Source of the DNA: Chiloscyllium plagiosum
Lineage: Eukaryota
DNA: 64,000 nucleotides
NCBI RefSeq assembly: GCF_004010195.1
Contig: NC_057720.1
Location: 3,827,938-3,891,937, forward strand
Direction: 5' to 3'
Shown piece by piece: positions 60,058 to 64,000 of the stretch; within the stretch, counting starts at the first letter, position 1; every line of letters starts with the position of its first letter. The notes under the pieces are model-generated. The model saw only the letters and a program-made list of their open reading frames with translations, had not been told where the DNA came from and ran no database searches. A program made the position numbers and the translations under genes.

Positions 60058-60475
60058 GTATGTGTGTTTTAGTTTACTCTCTGTTGACAAAGAATTTGTT
60101 TAATTTAGTTTAATGAGTTTATGTTGAAACCAGTTGCTCCAGATCCTTCTATAAAGAGTCGTAAGGGATGGGTAGGAAAGTGTGACTGAGGCGGAGATGA
60201 AATCAGCCATGATGGTTTTAAATGGTGGAACAGACTCGAGGGGTTGAATGGTCTACTCCTCATTCTTTGTGTAAGGTCACTGCTGATCATTTAGTTCCTC
60301 CCTGTGACCAATGGGTATTTGTTTTAATGTTTAATCATGTCTGGGTGTAAATATTGCTGGTATTTATTGTCCATCCCTAATTGTCATTGTGGTGAAGCTC
60401 TTGAAGTCCTTGTGGGTCAAAGCACACCCGGAGTGCTGTTTGAGATCCTCTGCAGTGACTTTTGTGCAATGGAAT

Positions 60476-60945
60476 GTCATAGAGTCATAGAGATGTACGG
60501 TACCGAAATAGACTCTTTGGTCCAACCCGTCCACACTGACCAGATATTCCAACCCAATCTAGTCCCACCTGCCAGCACACGTCCCATATCCCTCCAAACC
60601 CTTCCTATTCATGTGCCCATCCAGATGCCTTTTAAATGTTGCAATTGTACCAGCCTCCACATCCTCTGGCAGCTCATTCCACACATGCAGCACCCTCTGC
60701 ATGAAAAAGTTGCTCCTTCGATCTCTTTTATATCTTTCCCCTCTCACCCTAAACCTATGTCCTCTAGTTCTGTACTTCCCCACCCCAGGGAAAATACCTT
60801 GTCTATTTTCCCTTATCCACACCCCTCATGATTTTATAAAGCTCTATAAGGTCACCCCACAGCCTCCAGCGCTCCAGGGAAAACAGCCCCAGGCTCTCCT
60901 TATAGCTCAAACCTTCTAACCCTGGCAACATGCTTGTAAATCTAC
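60476..60945 (-). mobile_element. CR1 LINE 3' end
   Basis: RTRGHRFRVRGERYKRDRRSNFFMQRVLHVWNELPED on the minus strand. Confidence 0.88.
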
Positions 60946-62183
60946 AGAATTCATAACAACAATGCTGTATTTGTATTGCACCTTTAAAATGATCAGTGCT
61001 AAAGTGCTTCACAGCCATATTATAAAATATGGTCCTGAGCCACCAAACTAGGTATTAAGGTTGATTCATCAAAAACTTGGTCAGAAATGTAAGTTTTGTC
61101 AAGACTTCACTTTAAAGGGAGGTGAGACTTGAGAGGTTATGGCGCACATTCCAGAGCATGGGGCCCAGGCAACTGAAAGAACATAAATTGTGGCAGAGTA
61201 ATTCAAATCAAGGATACAATGTAATATAACTGTTGTTTTATGCATATTTGAAATGTTTGGGTTTTGAGTTTAAAAACACAAAAACATGGGTTACTAAGTT
61301 AATTAGCTTGTAAATGTTTCTGTGGCCATGGTGATTTCATTCTCAACCATTTGAGAGCTACTTAGATAGTCTAATGGGTTAGACTGTTGAAGCAGCTGTA
61401 GGCCGTTCAGTCTGTCAAATCTGGTCGACATTCGATGAGATTATGGCTGATCTGATAATCCTCAACTCCACTTTCTTGCCCATGAGTACTTTTATTCATT
61501 AAAAATCCGACTCAGCTTTGAATATATTTAACAGTTTTGCTGCTACAGCCTCTGAAGTAAAAAAAACTCCCAGATTCACTACCCTCTAAGAGAATTCCTC
61601 TTCATCTCCGAAAACACAAATATGCTGGAGATCACAGTGGGTCAGGCAGCATCCGTGGAGAGTGAGCAAGCTCAGCTTTCGAGTCTAGATGACTCTACAT
61701 CAGAGCTTAACCTGCTGTGATTTGTAGCATTTTTTTTTGCTGTTTTTATTACAGATTCCAGTTTCTGCAATAATTTGCTTTTCTTCTTCTCTGTTTGAAA
61801 TGTGATCCCTTATTCTGAGATGATGCCCTCCTAGACTCTTCCACAAGGGGAAGCTATCTCTCCACATCCAGCCTGTCAAGCCCCCTCAGAATTTTGTATG
61901 TTTCAATAAGGTAACCTTTCCTTCAAAGCTCCATTTAGGCCCAACCCATAAGCGAATCCATCCATACTCAGGATCGGGTATGTGAACCCTCTCTGGACTG
62001 CCTCCAGTGTCAGAGTGTCATACCTTAGACAAGAGATCCCAGACTAGTCACTGTATCCAGCTGTGGTCTGGTTTGTTATAGTTATACTTGTTATAGTCTT
62101 GATGAGACTTCCCTGTTTTTATGCTGCATTCATTCTGAAATAAAGGCATTTCATTTGCCTTCCCTATTCCCAACTGAATGTAC

Positions 62184-64000
62184 ATAGAACATAGAACAAT
62201 ACAGCACAGAACAGGCCCTTCGGCCCACGATGTTGTGCCGAACATTTGTCCTAGCTTAAGCACCTATCCATGTACCTATCCAATTGCCGCTTAAAGGTCA
62301 TCAATGATTCTAACTCTGCCACTCCCACAGGCAGCGCATTCCATGCCCCCACCACTCTCTGGGTAAAGAACCTACCCCTGACATCTCCCCTATACCTTCC
62401 ACCCTTCACCTTAAATATATGTCCCCTTGTAACACTCTGTTGTACCCGGGGAAAAAGTCTCTGACTGTCTACTCTATCTATTCCCCNNNNNNNNNNNNNN
62501 NNNNNNNNNNNNNNNNNNNNNNNNNNNNNNNNNNNNNNNNNNNNNNNNNNNNNNNNNNNNNNNNNNNNNNNNNNNNNNNNNNNNNNNNNNNNNNNNNNNN
62601 NNNNNNNNNNNNNNNNNNNNNNNNNNNNNNNNNNNNNNNNNNNNNNNNNNNNNNNNNNNNNNNNNNNNNNNNNNNNNNNNNNNNNNNNNNNNNNNNNNNN
62701 NNNNNNNNNNNNNNNNNNNNNNNNNNNNNNNNNNNNNNNNNNNNNNNNNNNNNNNNNNNNNNNNNNNNNNNNNNNNNNNNNNNNNNNNNNNNNNNNNNNN
62801 NNNNNNNNNNNNNNNNNNNNNNNNNNNNNNNNNNNNNNNNNNNNNNNNNNNNNNNNNNNNNNNNNNNNNNNNNNNNNNNNNNNNNNNNNNNNNNNNNNNN
62901 NNNNNNNNNNNNNNNNNNNNNNNNNNNNNNNNNNNNNNNNNNNNNNNNNNNNNNNNNNNNNNNNNNNNNNNNNNNNNNNNNNNNNNNNNNNNNNNNNNNN
63001 NNNNNNNNNNNNNNNNNNNNNNNNNNNNNNNNNNNNNNNNNNNNNNNNNNNNNNNNNNNNNNNNNNNNNNNNNNNNNNNNNNNNNNNNNNNNNNNNNNNN
63101 NNNNNNNNNNNNNNNNNNNNNNNNNNNNNNNNNNNNNNNNNNNNNNNNNNNNNNNNNNNNNNNNNNNNNNNNNNNNNNNNNNNNNNNNNNNNNNNNNNNN
63201 NNNNNNNNNNNNNNNNNNNNNNNNNNNNNNNNNNNNNNNNNNNNNNNNNNNNNNNNNNNNNNNNNNNNNNNNNNNNNNNNNNNGCAAGACCTACCCCTCA
63301 CAAATCCGTGCTGGCTGTCCCTAATCAAGCAGTGTCTTTCCAGATACTCATAAATCCTATCCCTTAGTACTCTTTCCATTACTTTGCCTACCACTGAAGT
63401 AAGACTAACCACTCCTGTTGACAGTGAAGACGAAAAGATCATTGCCAACGGTTCTGCAATTTCCTCTCTTGCTTCCCACATAATCCTATGATATATCCCG
63501 TCAGGCCTGGGGGACTTGTCTATCCTCAAGTTTTTCAAAATGCCCAACACATCTTCCTTCCTAACAAGTATCTCCTCTAGCTTACCAGTCCGTTTCATAC
63601 TCTCCTCTTCAACAATACGGTCCCTCTCATTTGTAAATACTGAAGAAAAGTACTCATTCAAGACCTCTCCTATCTCTTCCGACTCAATACAGTCTCCCAC
63701 TACTGTCCTTGATCGGACCTACCCTCGTTCCCGCCATTCTCATGTTTCTCACATACGCATAAAATGCCTTGGGGTTATCCTTGTTCCTACCCGCCAAAGA
63801 TTTTTCATGCCCTCTCTTAGCTCTAATCCCTTTCTTCAGCTCCCTCCTGGCTATCCTGTATCCCTCCAATGCTCTGCCTGAACCTTGTTGCCTCAACCAT
63901 TCAACTTCCCTCAACAACCAAGGTTCCCTCACACGACCATCTCTTTCCTGCCTGACAGGTACCTACATATCAAGGGCACGTCGTATCTGTTCCTTGAAAA
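62184..64000 (-). mobile_element. Relatively young CR1 LINE spanning the assembly gap
   Basis: 3' tail (ATAGAAC repeats) and ORF2 end at 62184-62486. RT N-terminal motifs KSPRPDGIY and SQHGFVRGRSC at 63284-63700, same strand. Confidence 0.85.
62487..63283. other. Assembly gap (797 N)
   Basis: Run of N. Confidence 1.

Noticed and set aside
62419..63700. Long ORFs of 269-408 aa
   Set aside because: Artefacts of translating through the N gap. Only the CR1 portion is real.

Overview
Eukaryotic vertebrate DNA, almost certainly an elasmobranch (shark or ray), inferred from abundant HE1-type V-SINEs, Deu-domain SINEs and CR1 LINEs. Two host genes lie head-to-head, as in the human DNAI3/MCOLN3 locus. 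On the minus strand is the 5' part of DNAI3 (WDR63, dynein intermediate chain): five coding exons plus a probable non-coding first exon in a CpG-rich promoter with RFX X-box-like motifs at about 32.4-32.7 kb. On the plus strand are the first six coding exons of MCOLN3 (TRPML3). All exon boundaries were read by hand and are GT-AG with consistent phases. Most of the rest is transposon-derived: a decayed Gmr1-like Gypsy LTR element (integrase upstream of RT, tRNA-Pro PBS), solo LTRs, many CR1 copies, Penelope-like elements and hammerhead-core palindromic derivatives, Tx1, Rex1 and RTE fragments, and a VNTR-bearing element. The most unusual structure is at 1-1265. It is a stack of poly(A)-tailed, hairpin-rich units, apparently 3' ends of a Tx1-clade LINE, each bounded by the same AACAGGAG(CA) motif, which suggests repeated site-specific retrotransposition into one target. 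Repeat family names and human protein comparisons come from recall, not database searches, and repeat boundaries are approximate.
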